A stretch of DNA of 64,000 nucleotides from an uncultured delta proteobacterium (GTDB taxonomy: Bacteria; Myxococcota_A; Polyangia; Fen-1088): contig CAVTRY010000007.1 in the NCBI GenBank assembly GCA_963737265.1, positions 32,001 to 96,000 on the forward strand, in the 5' to 3' direction. Below the pieces are notes generated by a model. That model was not told the DNA's origin and made no database searches. It saw nothing but the letters and a program-made list of their open reading frames with translations. Position 1 is the stretch's first letter. Every line of letters starts with the position of its first letter. Position numbers and translations under genes: made by a program. Shown piece by piece: positions 27,653 to 37,686 of this stretch.

Positions 27653-30600
27653 TTACTGCGCAACGTGGCCGTAGCAGGTCTTCAGCTTGGCGTAGTCGTA
27701 GAAGTGACTGCCGGGCGCGTGGCGTGCACCATCGCAAGCCGCGGTGAAGTCCGTCTCCTGCTCGTTGAGCATCATCTTGACGATGAGCCCGCCGGTGCCA
27801 TCGCCGTACACGTCCCACTGAACGTTCGAGGCCATGGGAGCAACGATCTCGTCACGCCACGGACTCGGGGTCGGCGCAACTAGGCTGCCGTTCCACGGGC
27901 TGTTCGCGGCGTAGGTGTAGGTTTCGGCCATCGGCATTTGAACGAAAAGGCTCTTGAGGCCGAGGATGGAGGTGAACGGAACCAATATCTCGGCGTGGGT
28001 GAAGCGCAGCTTGGCGCCCGTGGTGAGCGTGCCCCTGGCGATGGCGTCGATCTCGTTGAAGAAGTCGTTCAAGAGCCCCTGCGCCATGCCGTAGGTGGCG
28101 TTGCCGCTTTCCGTGGCACCCGGCCCCATCTGGTAGAAGTCGGTGGCGTCGCCCAGGTAGGCAAGCACCGTCGCCTGAGCAGCGGGGATATACTTCGTGA
28201 AGTCTACGCCGCCCAGCTCGGCCGGCATGGCGGGCGCGATGATATAGACGCCGTACAGATTGTTGGCCGCGTCCAGGGCGCTGGCGATGGTCGTGCCCGC
28301 GCTCCCGGTCGTGGTGTAGCTTGTTCCGTCGGCGCCGGTGTACGGCCCGAAGGTGCCGGTGTCGGCGAAGGTGTAGCCGAGCGTGCCAAGCTTATTGATG
28401 AAGTCCTGGGTGAACAGGCCCCGCAATACAATTACGGCGGCGGTGTTGACGTCGGGAATTGCGTTGATGGCGTTGACCTTCGCGGTCTGGGTCGAGTCGC
28501 TAGCCTTGAAGCTCTGATAGGCGAGGCTCGCCTGGTAGGTCGCGTAGTATGGGTCGCTGGTGCTCGACACCTGATCCTGGGCCGCGCTCAGTTTGTGGAA
28601 GTAGAGCAGGAAGCGGTTGGTTCCGGGCAACTGCGCCTTGGGCTTGGTGCCATAACCCGAAACGGCGGCCGGGTAGGTGATGAGCGGTGCGAGCGCGGGA
28701 TTCGCCGCGGCCAAGGCGTTCGCGAAGAAGCCGGAGCTGTCGTAGGCGCGATTTACGCCCGAGGTCTGCACCACGAGCTTGCGTCCGCTCGCCGCCACCT
28801 GCGTGAAGTAGCTGGACAAGCGCTGCGCAAGACGGGCCGCGAGCTGCTGGTGCTCCGCGGCGCCGAGTTGCGAGAGATTACCGTACCCAGGCGCGGTGAT
28901 GCCCGGGACGCCCGCGCCGAGGATGGTGTTGGCCTTGATGAAGGCGAGCAGGTCAGGACCGAGCTGCTGGCCGAGCAGCGTGAGCGCGCCGTCCGCCTGA
29001 GCCTTGAGCCACATGTTGTAGACTGCGATGTCGGAGCCCTCGCTGGACATGCCCCGAGCACCGTGGCGAGCCACGAGCTCGGTGTAGATCGGGTTGAAAC
29101 CCGCCGGCGCGGGCTCGTAGCTCGAAGCGCTCTGCTGCTGTTGGTAGAGCGTTTCGGTGGTGAGGTTGGCAAGCGTGGGGCACGTGAGCGTGACCTGCAC
29201 CGAGGAAGCCTTGGCGAGGCTGGTGGCGCTGTCGGTGACCGTGACCGTGAGCGAAAGCGGGATGGTGCCGTTACCGAGAACCGCACAGTAGGCGGGATTG
29301 TAGATTACGTCCGATTGGTCGCTGCCGATCTTCGACGCGAAACGGCCGACCGAGGAACCATTCATGCCGTCGTTCCAGGCATAGCTCCAGGTGGAAGCGC
29401 TCGCTCCATCGCTCGGAACGACCAGCAGCTCTGGCTGCTGGCCGGGCGTGATCACCGTGGGCGAGGCCTGAACGGTGAACGCGGGGGCCGAAGATGCACT
29501 AAAGTCGAGCTGGACACTGGCGCCCGCCGCATCCGTCACGATCACCGAAACCACGTAACCGCCGGCGGGAACCGCCGGAGCCGTCCATACGACTTGCGAG
29601 GAACCCGTGCCGTCGACCTGATTCGAAAACGCGCCACTCGCCGACACCCACTGGAAAGTAAGGGCGCTGCCTTGCGGATCTGTCGCCGTGACCGAGAAAT
29701 TCACCATGCCGCCCGCCCCCACCACAGGGGTGGACTGAACACTGCTGGTGATGGACGGAGACTGGACGGCTACGGGCTTGCCGACCGGCAAGGTCGTCTG
29801 GCCAGTGGTCGAGCCACCTCTACCGTCGTTGACCGCCACGACGAAATCGCAGCTGAGGTCGGTCGCGCCGACTGGGAGCCTGACGTTGGTGACAGCGGCG
29901 GCCGGGGCGGCGAAGACCGCGCTTGCGCAGGTGCTGGTCCACGCGTACGAAAGGGGGTCGCCGTCGGCGTCGCTCGCCGTGACGGTGAGGGAAGTTGGCG
30001 CGCCCAGCACGATGTAGCCTGGGGCCGCGATCAGATCCGAAACGACCGGCCAGTTGTTGAAGGTCAGGTTGACATCGGCCTGACCACGGCCATTGCTGGC
30101 CGACACATGCACGACGATGGACGCCGAGGTCGACGCTCCATGGTTATCCGTCACCGTGAGCATGAGCGTCTGGTCGCCCTCGGAGGCTGGCGCGGTCCAC
30201 GTCGTGGTGGCGGCGGTGGAGGGCGAGAAGCCGTCGGTCGCCGGGCTGACGGACCAGGCGAAGGCGATGGTGTCGCCAGCGTTGGGATCGTGGGCCGTCG
30301 CCTTGGCAGTGATGGTGGCGCCAGGAACGACGGCTGTGGACGACGCGACCAGGGAATCGATCACGGGCACAGCATTCTTGAAGGGAACCGAGGCCGTGGT
30401 CTGCTGGGCGGTGATGACGACGCTGGTGACTGTGTCCTTGATGATGGCGACGCCAGCGACCGAGCCCGCGTAGTCGGGGTTGGCGGAGTGGTCGAGGGCG
30501 CTGACGGTGAATACGTAGTTGCTGCCCACAGGCAGCGACCCGATGAGAGCGCCCCAGGTGCCGTTGCTTCCGCGCGCGGAAAGCTGAACGGATAGCGGCG

Positions 30601-30793
30601 CCGGCAAGGCAGGTCCGCTCACGGTGGCGACGACCCTGCTGATGTCGAGCGCGCCGAGCGCGTGCACGGCCAGATCCGCGCTGCCCGTGCCACCGGCTGA
30701 CCCGCCAGTGCATGCCGAAACGGTCAGCAGTGCTGCAAGCGCCGGCAGCGAGAACAGGACGGGTGTTCTTGCACTTTGAATGTTGCGCGACAT
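27653..30793 (-). CDS. Lipoprotein with tandem Ig-like/PKD domains and C-terminal histidine acid phosphatase (phytase-like)
   Basis: LTVSAC lipobox; repeats A.D.DGD.L.Y.W...WTAP...VTD..G; catalytic ELVARHGAR and RFTHAE motifs. Confidence 0.85.
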   Translation of the reverse strand: MSRNIQSARTPVLFSLPALAALLTVSACTGGSAGGTGSADLAVHALGALDISRVVATVSGPALPAPLSVQLSARGSNGTWGALIGSLPVGSNYVFTVSALDHSANPDYAGSVAGVAIIKDTVTSVVITAQQTTASVPFKNAVPVIDSLVASSTAVVPGATITAKATAHDPNAGDTIAFAWSVSPATDGFSPSTAATTTWTAPASEGDQTLMLTVTDNHGASTSASIVVHVSASNGRGQADVNLTFNNWPVVSDLIAAPGYIVLGAPTSLTVTASDADGDPLSYAWTSTCASAVFAAPAAAVTNVRLPVGATDLSCDFVVAVNDGRGGSTTGQTTLPVGKPVAVQSPSITSSVQSTPVVGAGGMVNFSVTATDPQGSALTFQWVSASGAFSNQVDGTGSSQVVWTAPAVPAGGYVVSVIVTDAAGASVQLDFSASSAPAFTVQASPTVITPGQQPELLVVPSDGASASTWSYAWNDGMNGSSVGRFASKIGSDQSDVIYNPAYCAVLGNGTIPLSLTVTVTDSATSLAKASSVQVTLTCPTLANLTTETLYQQQQSASSYEPAPAGFNPIYTELVARHGARGMSSEGSDIAVYNMWLKAQADGALTLLGQQLGPDLLAFIKANTILGAGVPGITAPGYGNLSQLGAAEHQQLAARLAQRLSSYFTQVAASGRKLVVQTSGVNRAYDSSGFFANALAAANPALAPLITYPAAVSGYGTKPKAQLPGTNRFLLYFHKLSAAQDQVSSTSDPYYATYQASLAYQSFKASDSTQTAKVNAINAIPDVNTAAVIVLRGLFTQDFINKLGTLGYTFADTGTFGPYTGADGTSYTTTGSAGTTIASALDAANNLYGVYIIAPAMPAELGGVDFTKYIPAAQATVLAYLGDATDFYQMGPGATESGNATYGMAQGLLNDFFNEIDAIARGTLTTGAKLRFTHAEILVPFTSILGLKSLFVQMPMAETYTYAANSPWNGSLVAPTPSPWRDEIVAPMASNVQWDVYGDGTGGLIVKMMLNEQETDFTAACDGARHAPGSHFYDYAKLKTCYGHVAQ

Positions 30794-31026
30794 CGTGAGC
30801 CTCCGTTGGTCCGAGAATTTCTGCGCGCAATTTAGGCTCGGACGCCTGGGAGGAACGTCACGCTTGTGCAACACCTTGGCGCGCGCTTGCGATCGGCGGA
30901 ATCGGCAGGCGGGAAGTGCCGTTCGGAAGCCGGGCCTTGGCTTGAAGGCAAACATCAGCTAGTTCATTTGCACGGTGATCTCGGCGCCGCCCTTGATCAG
31001 GGTGTGGCAGCTTTGAACGGAATAAA

Positions 31027-31500
31027 TCAAGTTGGTAACAACAGCTGGTACAGCGAAGAGTCATAAGGCGTCGCCCAGAGGTCAAAATCCACGCAGCTCG
31101 CAGTACGACCTGAAAGACCTGTTACAGTCTTTCCGGTCTTGGCGAATGCCCCACTTTTTCGGAGATCCGGCGCGTCAGCTTTGATGACGTGCTTGGTAGG
31201 GCAAGCCTGAACGCAGCACGCGCAAGCAGTGCAGCCATCCGCCTTGACCACGTACGCCTGCCTGTTGCCGTGGATCCTACCCCTGATCCGGGCGAAAAGC
31301 GGAAGGAGACGCTTGTCTTCGGCAGTCAAAGGGCGGATCTCAAGGACCGAGTTGGGACACGCCGGAACGCAGGGGGACTTGGCATTGCCACAAGCGGAAT
31401 GGAAGCCGCCCTCGCACCTGGTGCGGTCGATCGTCGGAAAAAAAAGCCCCGGCTTCTGCTCTTTTCTGCTCCCACTTGCGTGGTTTGGCTCCGGTATCAT
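31027..31500 (-). CDS. 4Fe-4S dicluster ferredoxin-like protein
   Basis: IDRTRCEG...C...CVPACP and CTACACCVQACP; start abuts GH15 stop; C-terminus may be altered by a 1-nt indel near 31181. Confidence 0.75.
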   Translation of the reverse strand: MIPEPNHASGSRKEQKPGLFFPTIDRTRCEGGFHSACGNAKSPCVPACPNSVLEIRPLTAEDKRLLPLFARIRGRIHGNRQAYVVKADGCTACACCVQACPTKHVIKADAPDLRKSGAFAKTGKTVTGLSGRTASCVDFDLWATPYDSSLYQLLLPT

Positions 31501-31520
31501 GGATCGACTCCCTTCAAGAA

Positions 31521-33287
31521 CTAGATCACGTCCGGCCAGGCCGGCGCGGCGGCGAAAGCGGCGTGGATAAGGCCGACGTGCGAGTACGCTTGCGGAAAAT
31601 TCCCCCACAGCGTTTTCGTCGTGGTGTCGTAGTCCTCGGAGAGAAGCCCGAGCGGCGACAAACTGCCGCGCACGTTCTCTAGCACCTCGCGCGCCTCGGT
31701 GAGGCGGCCGGTCGCGGCTAGGGCTTCGACCAGCCAGAACGTGCACAGGATGAAGGCGACTTGCGGTTTGCCGAAGCCGTCGTCGTTGCGATAGCGGTAG
31801 AGCCAACCATCGTGCCCCAGACCCTTGATAATGGCATCCACCGTGCCGCGAATTCGCGCATCGTTGGCCGGCAGAAAGCGCAAGGTCGCAATCTGAAGTA
31901 GCGAAGCGTCAAGCTCGCTACCGGCCCAGGTGCTGGCAAAGCTACCAAGCGTGGGGTTCCAGGCTTGGGCTACGATCTGATCGCGAATGCGGTCGGCGGT
32001 GGCGCGCAGCTCGGCTGCGCGGCCGGGCAGAAATCGCGTCGACACGCGCGCCATGCGATCCGCGGCGGCCCAGCACATCAGGCTGGAAAAGGTCTGCGGC
32101 TTCCATTCGGTGCGGTATTCCCAAATGCCCGCATCGGGCACGCCGACCACGCTCACCGCCTTGCGCGCCAGGCGCTCCAGCAACTGCAACACGGCGGGTG
32201 AACGCTCGGCCGCGAAGCGCTCGTCGAGGAAGATGGGCGTCAGAGCCAGCACCATTTCGCCGAACACATCGTTCTGCACGTGGCGAGCGGCACCGTTGCC
32301 GACGCGTACGGGACCGTCACCGCCAAAGCCAGGCCAGTCGGCGAGGATGCGTTCGTCCAAGTCCGAGCGGCCGTCGATGCGATAGAGCGGAGCAAGATCC
32401 AAATCCGGGTGCGCGCCCGCCACGTTGAGCAGAAAGCGCACGAAGTCTTCGCGCTCGTCGAATTGCCCGAGCAAGCGAAATGCGCCGAGCACGTAGGCGG
32501 CGTCGCGCAGCCAGCAGTAGCGATAGTCCCAGGTGCGCCCACTTCCCGGCGCCTCGGGAATCGAGGTTGTCATGGCGGCCACGATGGCGCCAGTGTCCTC
32601 GAAGCAATGCAGCTTCAGCGCCAGCGCCGAGCGAATCACTTCGCCCTGGAAGATGGGCGGAATATCGCAATGCTTGACCCAGCGCTGCCAGTAGCGTCGC
32701 GTTTGCACGAGGAAGCTCTCGGCCAGCGGCGCCAGCGCTTCTTCCACGGGAGCGCCGTAGCTGAGCACGAGGTGGCGTCTCTCCGTCAGGCTGAAGGCAC
32801 GCCCGTCGAGATACGACAGAGGCACGTCGGTGGTCAGGCGCACCTGGCTCGAAAAGCCCTCGTAGCGCACGTGATTGGACCCGAACAATTGCGCGGGCTG
32901 CCCCTTGGAAAATCCCAGGCGCGGCTCGCACAGCACGCGCACCCGCGGCGTGCCCTCGATGGGTTCGATGATGCGATAGAGTTGCGTGGGGTGGAAGACC
33001 CGGTCGTACTGCAGAAAACGCGGGGCGAAATCCGTCACGCGAAAGGCGCCGGTGGCGCTGCGAAACGTGGTCACCAGGATGTTGGTGTTATCCTCGTACG
33101 CCATCGTGCCCGGCTTGCCGTCCTCGCCACCGACGACGAACCGCCCGCCGGCCTCATGGTCGAGCAAGGTGGAAAACATCGGATCGGAATCGAAGCGCGG
33201 CAGGCAGCACCACACGATCGTGCCCGAATCCTCGACCAATGCCGAATACTGACAATTGCCGATCAGTGCCAAGCGTTCGAGCCGCAT
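31521..33287 (-). CDS. Glycoside hydrolase family 15 (trehalase-like)
   Basis: WCCLPRFDS, AAMTTSIPE, WDYRYCWLRD, GIWEYR, LDASLL, GLLSED, GNFPQAYSH. Confidence 0.92.
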   Translation of the reverse strand: MRLERLALIGNCQYSALVEDSGTIVWCCLPRFDSDPMFSTLLDHEAGGRFVVGGEDGKPGTMAYEDNTNILVTTFRSATGAFRVTDFAPRFLQYDRVFHPTQLYRIIEPIEGTPRVRVLCEPRLGFSKGQPAQLFGSNHVRYEGFSSQVRLTTDVPLSYLDGRAFSLTERRHLVLSYGAPVEEALAPLAESFLVQTRRYWQRWVKHCDIPPIFQGEVIRSALALKLHCFEDTGAIVAAMTTSIPEAPGSGRTWDYRYCWLRDAAYVLGAFRLLGQFDEREDFVRFLLNVAGAHPDLDLAPLYRIDGRSDLDERILADWPGFGGDGPVRVGNGAARHVQNDVFGEMVLALTPIFLDERFAAERSPAVLQLLERLARKAVSVVGVPDAGIWEYRTEWKPQTFSSLMCWAAADRMARVSTRFLPGRAAELRATADRIRDQIVAQAWNPTLGSFASTWAGSELDASLLQIATLRFLPANDARIRGTVDAIIKGLGHDGWLYRYRNDDGFGKPQVAFILCTFWLVEALAATGRLTEAREVLENVRGSLSPLGLLSEDYDTTTKTLWGNFPQAYSHVGLIHAAFAAAPAWPDVI

Positions 33288-33420
33288 GTCCTTGAACGTA
33301 GCAGAAAGCCCGCGTAGCATCAGTGTCAGTCGCTAACGCGTGTGCTCTTCCGCCTACCAGGGCCCAGCATACATCGCCGGTCACCTGCCCGCTCACCTCA
33401 CCCATTGCGTGGAGGCTACG

Positions 33421-35682
33421 ATGAAACGAGTAGCGCGCTTCCTGATTGTACTCCTAGCCTCGGTGGCCCTGCTGGCCTGGGCCGCGGCCACAGTGGTCGA
33501 ACGCACCACGCGCGAGTGGTTCGAAAAGGACATCATTCTGCGCGCCAAGCTGGTGGAAAGCGGCGCGCACCAGGATCTCTTGTCCCATTGGTCGTCCAAC
33601 ACCGGCGATGCGCTGGGCGGGATCCTCGCCAACATCGCCCGCGACGAAAGGATCATGGCGGCCGCGGCGTGCAACGACCGGATGGTGCTGCTGGCGCACA
33701 CCGCGCTGCTGCCCGCGCAGCTCAGTTGCGCCGCCATCGCCAAACGGATGAACGAGGCACGTGCGCGAACGGCATTCTCCAGCGAGCCGCTATCGGTTTG
33801 GGGAACGGCATGGGAGCTTCCCGGTGGGGAGGTTCACGTCAGCGCGGTGCCGCTGGTTCACAACGAAGAGGAAGTTGGTTTCTTGGTGCTCGTGCACGAC
33901 TTGTCCTTCGTCGAACGGCGCGAGGCCACGACCCGCAGCTTCCTGCTGTTCGTGTTCGGAACCCTGGCCTTGGTCGCGTCGGTGGTCACCATCGTAGCCG
34001 CGCGCCTATCGTGGCACGGATTCCGCAAAGAATTGCTCCGCTTCATCCAGGGTGGATCGCACCGCAAGGAATTTCTTCCCATCATTCGCGACGTGCGCGA
34101 GCTCGTCGAACGCATCGCCGCCGAGCGCGAGCTCGAGGGACAGAACAGCGCGTGGAGCGCCCAGCGCCTGAAGCAGACCCTGGTTCGCCATTTTCCGGGC
34201 GAGAAGGTCATCGTGCTCGCCAATCGCGAGCCCTATATTCACGAGCGCAACAAGGATGGCGTCGTCGAGATCCGGCATCCGGCGAGCGGCCTCGTCACCG
34301 CCGTCGAGCCGGTACTGCGCGCGTGCTCGGGGGTTTGGGTCGCCCATGGCAGCGGCTCGGCCGATCGGGAACCCGTCGATCGCAAGGATCGCGTGCTCGT
34401 GCCACCCGACGAGAAGTCCTATTCTCTGCGCCGGGTGTGGCTGTCCGCGGATGAGGAGCGCGGCTATTACTACGGCCTCGCCAATGAGGGTCTGTGGCCG
34501 CTGTGCCACTTGGCCCACAACCGCCCGATTTTCCGCGGCGAGGACTGGGCGGCTTACGCGGCAGTCAATCGGCGATTTGCCGAGGCGGTGTGCAAGGAAG
34601 CCGATTCCGACGACCCCGTCGTGCTGGTGCAGGATTACCATTTTGCCCTGGCCCCGCGCCTCATCCGCGAACGCCTGCCGCGTGCGACCATCATCACCTT
34701 CTGGCACATTCCCTGGCCCAACGCCGAACGCCTCGGCATCTGCCCCTGGCGCGCCGAGATTTTGGCGGGCCTGCTCGGCAGCAGCATCCTCGGCTTCCAG
34801 ACTCAGCTCTACTGCAACAACTTCCTCGACTCCGCCGATCGTTATCTCGAAGCGCGCATCGATCGCGAACAGAGCGCCGTGATTCAGCACGGCAACTCCA
34901 CCTCGGTCAAACCCTATCCCATCTCGATTGCGTGGCCGAACGAATGGGTGGCGGCGGCCCCGCCGGTCGAGGAATGCCGCCGCTCCGTGTTCGCCGATCT
35001 GGGACTGCGCAAGGACGCCATCCTGGGCGTGGGGGTGGACCGACTCGACTACACCAAGGGCATCGAAGAACGCCTGCTCACCGTGGAGCGCCTGCTCGAA
35101 CGCTTCCCGGCCTATATCGGCCGCTTCACCTTCGTACAGTTGGCGGCGCCCAGCCGCAGCCTGATCGAACCATACCGACAGCTCGACGAGGCCGTTGAAA
35201 AAACCGCGGCGCGCATCAACGAGCGTTTTGGCCGCGAAGGCTACCGGCCCATTTGCCTGCGCCGCGCACACCACGAACCACCCACGGTTTTCCGCTACTA
35301 TCGCGCTGCCGATCTTTGTTACGTCAGCAGCCTGCACGACGGCATGAATCTGGTGGCCAAGGAATTCGCGGCAGCCCGCGACGACGAGCGCGGCGTGCTG
35401 GTCCTTAGTCAGTTCACCGGCGCCGCACGCGAGTTGACCGAGGCCTTGGTGGTGAACCCCTACGATTTAGAAGAAGCCAGCTCCGCCCTTGCGATGGCCA
35501 TCGCTATGTCGCCCGAGGAGCAGCGCGACCGCATGCACGCCATGCGCGCCTATCTATCTGAGTTCAACGTATTCCGTTGGGCCGGACGAATGCTGGTGGA
35601 TGCCGCGCGCCTGCGCAAGAAGGAAAGCGTGCTCGGTCGCGTGGGCGGGGATCTCGTCAAGCTGGCAGGCCTGTCTCGGTGA
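33421..35682 (+). CDS. otsA: Trehalose-6-phosphate synthase with N-terminal TM-periplasmic-TM extension
   Basis: ANREP, ASGLV, NEGLWPLCH, VQDYH, FWHIPWP, GVDRLDYTKGI, DGMNLVAKE; GGAGG RBS before the ATG at 33421. Confidence 0.92.
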   Translation: MKRVARFLIVLLASVALLAWAAATVVERTTREWFEKDIILRAKLVESGAHQDLLSHWSSNTGDALGGILANIARDERIMAAAACNDRMVLLAHTALLPAQLSCAAIAKRMNEARARTAFSSEPLSVWGTAWELPGGEVHVSAVPLVHNEEEVGFLVLVHDLSFVERREATTRSFLLFVFGTLALVASVVTIVAARLSWHGFRKELLRFIQGGSHRKEFLPIIRDVRELVERIAAERELEGQNSAWSAQRLKQTLVRHFPGEKVIVLANREPYIHERNKDGVVEIRHPASGLVTAVEPVLRACSGVWVAHGSGSADREPVDRKDRVLVPPDEKSYSLRRVWLSADEERGYYYGLANEGLWPLCHLAHNRPIFRGEDWAAYAAVNRRFAEAVCKEADSDDPVVLVQDYHFALAPRLIRERLPRATIITFWHIPWPNAERLGICPWRAEILAGLLGSSILGFQTQLYCNNFLDSADRYLEARIDREQSAVIQHGNSTSVKPYPISIAWPNEWVAAAPPVEECRRSVFADLGLRKDAILGVGVDRLDYTKGIEERLLTVERLLERFPAYIGRFTFVQLAAPSRSLIEPYRQLDEAVEKTAARINERFGREGYRPICLRRAHHEPPTVFRYYRAADLCYVSSLHDGMNLVAKEFAAARDDERGVLVLSQFTGAARELTEALVVNPYDLEEASSALAMAIAMSPEEQRDRMHAMRAYLSEFNVFRWAGRMLVDAARLRKKESVLGRVGGDLVKLAGLSR

Positions 35683-36422
35683 AGAACATCCTGGCCGACG
35701 AGCACCTGCCGGCCCTGCGGCACTTCGCCCGCGAGCGCGTCCTGCTCGCCTTCGATTTCGATGGCACCCTTGCGCCCATCGTGCGCGATCCGAATACCGC
35801 CGCCATGCGGGCCAGGACCCGTGCGCTGCTCGCGCGGGTTGCCGAGCTTTATCCTTGCGTGGTGATTTCCGGGCGCGCGCGCGCAGACGTCGCCAAGAGA
35901 GTGGTAGGCATATCGTTGCGAGCCGTGATCGGCAATCATGGCATGGAGCCTTCCCGCAATCTGCGGGGCGCGCAGTGGCTGGCCACGCTGTGGCAGACGC
36001 AGCTCGCATCCACGTTGCCAAAAATCTCCGGCGTCGTCGTCGAAGACAAAGGGCCGAGCTTGGCCATCCATTATCGACTGGCCCGCTCGCGCGCCGCGGT
36101 CCGCCGCCACATCCTGATCGCCGCCGCCGCCCTGCACGACGCCCGTATCGTCGAAGGCAAGATGGTAGTCAACATCGTACCCGCCGATGCCCCCGACAAA
36201 GGGACCGCCTTGGTCCGTTTGTGCAAGCGCCTAGGCTGCGCGTCCGCCGTCTATATCGGCGACGACGAAAACGACGAAGACGTCTTCGCCTTGGCCAGCG
36301 AAGGCCGCCTCCTCGGTATCCGCGTCGGGCGCTCGCGGCGATCGCAGGCCGCCTATTTTCTACCCGGTCAGACCGACATCGATGCGCTTTTGGCCGAGTT
36401 GGTTGCCCGCCGGGCGGATTAA
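35679..36422 (+). CDS. otsB: Trehalose-6-phosphate phosphatase (HAD)
   Basis: FDFDGTLAPI, ISGR, GNHG, EDKG...IHYR, DKG, YIGDDENDED; GTGA overlap with the otsA stop. Confidence 0.92.
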   Translation: MKNILADEHLPALRHFARERVLLAFDFDGTLAPIVRDPNTAAMRARTRALLARVAELYPCVVISGRARADVAKRVVGISLRAVIGNHGMEPSRNLRGAQWLATLWQTQLASTLPKISGVVVEDKGPSLAIHYRLARSRAAVRRHILIAAAALHDARIVEGKMVVNIVPADAPDKGTALVRLCKRLGCASAVYIGDDENDEDVFALASEGRLLGIRVGRSRRSQAAYFLPGQTDIDALLAELVARRAD

Positions 36423-36532
36423 GTCCTTCAAGCGCTGAACTACTACCTCCGAGATTCTTCGCGTGGCGCTTTCGACCGGACAACCTGCAGCCTGCAGCGT
36501 GTGGGTTGCGGGCGAAACCTCGCGCTACGGCA

Positions 36533-37666
36533 CTAGAAAAACGTGTAGACCAGCGTCGCCTCGGTGAGGGTGTCGGCGTGGTCGGCGTACTGGTAGGCGC
36601 CGTATTGGGGCGGATAGGTCGTCCCGGCGGGCAGCGGACGCGGCGCGGGGTTCTCTGTGTATTTGAATGTGAAGCCGAGCCCCAAGCTGAGGCTCTTGTA
36701 CAGGTTGGTGCTGATTCCGATCTTCGCGTTCACGCGCGTGTCCTTGAACGGATCGACGCCATCGCTGCCATCGCTGGCGTTTCTGGCCTTGGCTTCCTTG
36801 TTGAGGTTGAACAAGCCCTCCACACCCGCGGTCATTCCGGTCTGCTGGGTCAGCGTCAGGGTTTCACCCACGAAGGCACGCGCCGAGTGGACGGCGATGC
36901 TGGGATCCGAAGTCTCGAATACAAGGTAGGAGAAGTCGTAGCCAAGCTCCGCGACCACCAGGTGCATCTTGTCTTTGAACAGCTGCCGACTATAGCCCGC
37001 TTGGCCACCGCCGAAGAACATCTTGCCGGCGACCTTGTCCCCGGCTGCCTGAGCGCTGACGTAGAGAGAGTTGTTTTCCGTGAGAAATCGATCGTAGCGA
37101 CCCTTGGTCATCCAGTTGTTGGTGCTGACCACGGTTTCCCGCCGGTAATCGGTGACAATCTGGCCGGTCGAATCTGGGATGGCAACCAAATTACTCGACT
37201 TGCCGTAGGCGTAAACGCCTTCCAGGGTCAGCTTATTCTTGCCCTCCTTGCGCGAGGCATTCACGCCAAAGGTGGCGTTGGTTGTCTGCGAGTTGCCGGA
37301 GCTGAGCAGAAAGCCACCCTTGCTCTGCGCCTTCCACTCAACCGCATTGGCCGCTGCCGCGGCGGCTTTCTCGGCGTCTAGGCGCGCGGCCTCAGCTTTG
37401 GCGGCCTCGGCCTTCGTGGCTTCCGCTTTGGCGGCCTCGGCTTTCGCCGCTTCGGCCTTGGCGGCAGCGCCGGAGTCCACCTCGGCCTTGGGCGACTCGG
37501 TCGATTCGGGCACAGCTTCGGCTTGGGCAAATGCTCGGCTGCTCACCAGCAGAAGCAGGGCCACAAGCACGCTGGTCGAGCTTGGGCAACGTCGCCTCGC
37601 CGTGGAAACGGTTTGCAGGCATTCGGGATTGTGTTCGCGTTCTTTTCTGATTTCTTCCGTGGGCAT
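36533..37666 (-). CDS. DUF481/YdiY-like outer-membrane beta-barrel protein
   Basis: Signal ending AFA-Q, SSGNSQT, GRYDRFLT, GYSRQL, amphipathic strands, terminal LVYTFF; start uncertain. Confidence 0.75.
   Translation of the reverse strand: MPTEEIRKEREHNPECLQTVSTARRRCPSSTSVLVALLLLVSSRAFAQAEAVPESTESPKAEVDSGAAAKAEAAKAEAAKAEATKAEAAKAEAARLDAEKAAAAAANAVEWKAQSKGGFLLSSGNSQTTNATFGVNASRKEGKNKLTLEGVYAYGKSSNLVAIPDSTGQIVTDYRRETVVSTNNWMTKGRYDRFLTENNSLYVSAQAAGDKVAGKMFFGGGQAGYSRQLFKDKMHLVVAELGYDFSYLVFETSDPSIAVHSARAFVGETLTLTQQTGMTAGVEGLFNLNKEAKARNASDGSDGVDPFKDTRVNAKIGISTNLYKSLSLGLGFTFKYTENPAPRPLPAGTTYPPQYGAYQYADHADTLTEATLVYTFF
37385..37465 (-). repeat. 15-nt coding tandem repeat (AKAEA)x5
   Basis: AAKAEAAKAEAAKAEATKAEAAKAEAA in the N-terminal linker of the barrel protein. 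Confidence 0.7.
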
Positions 37667-37686
37667 GACTTTGTTCGAAGCTCCTA

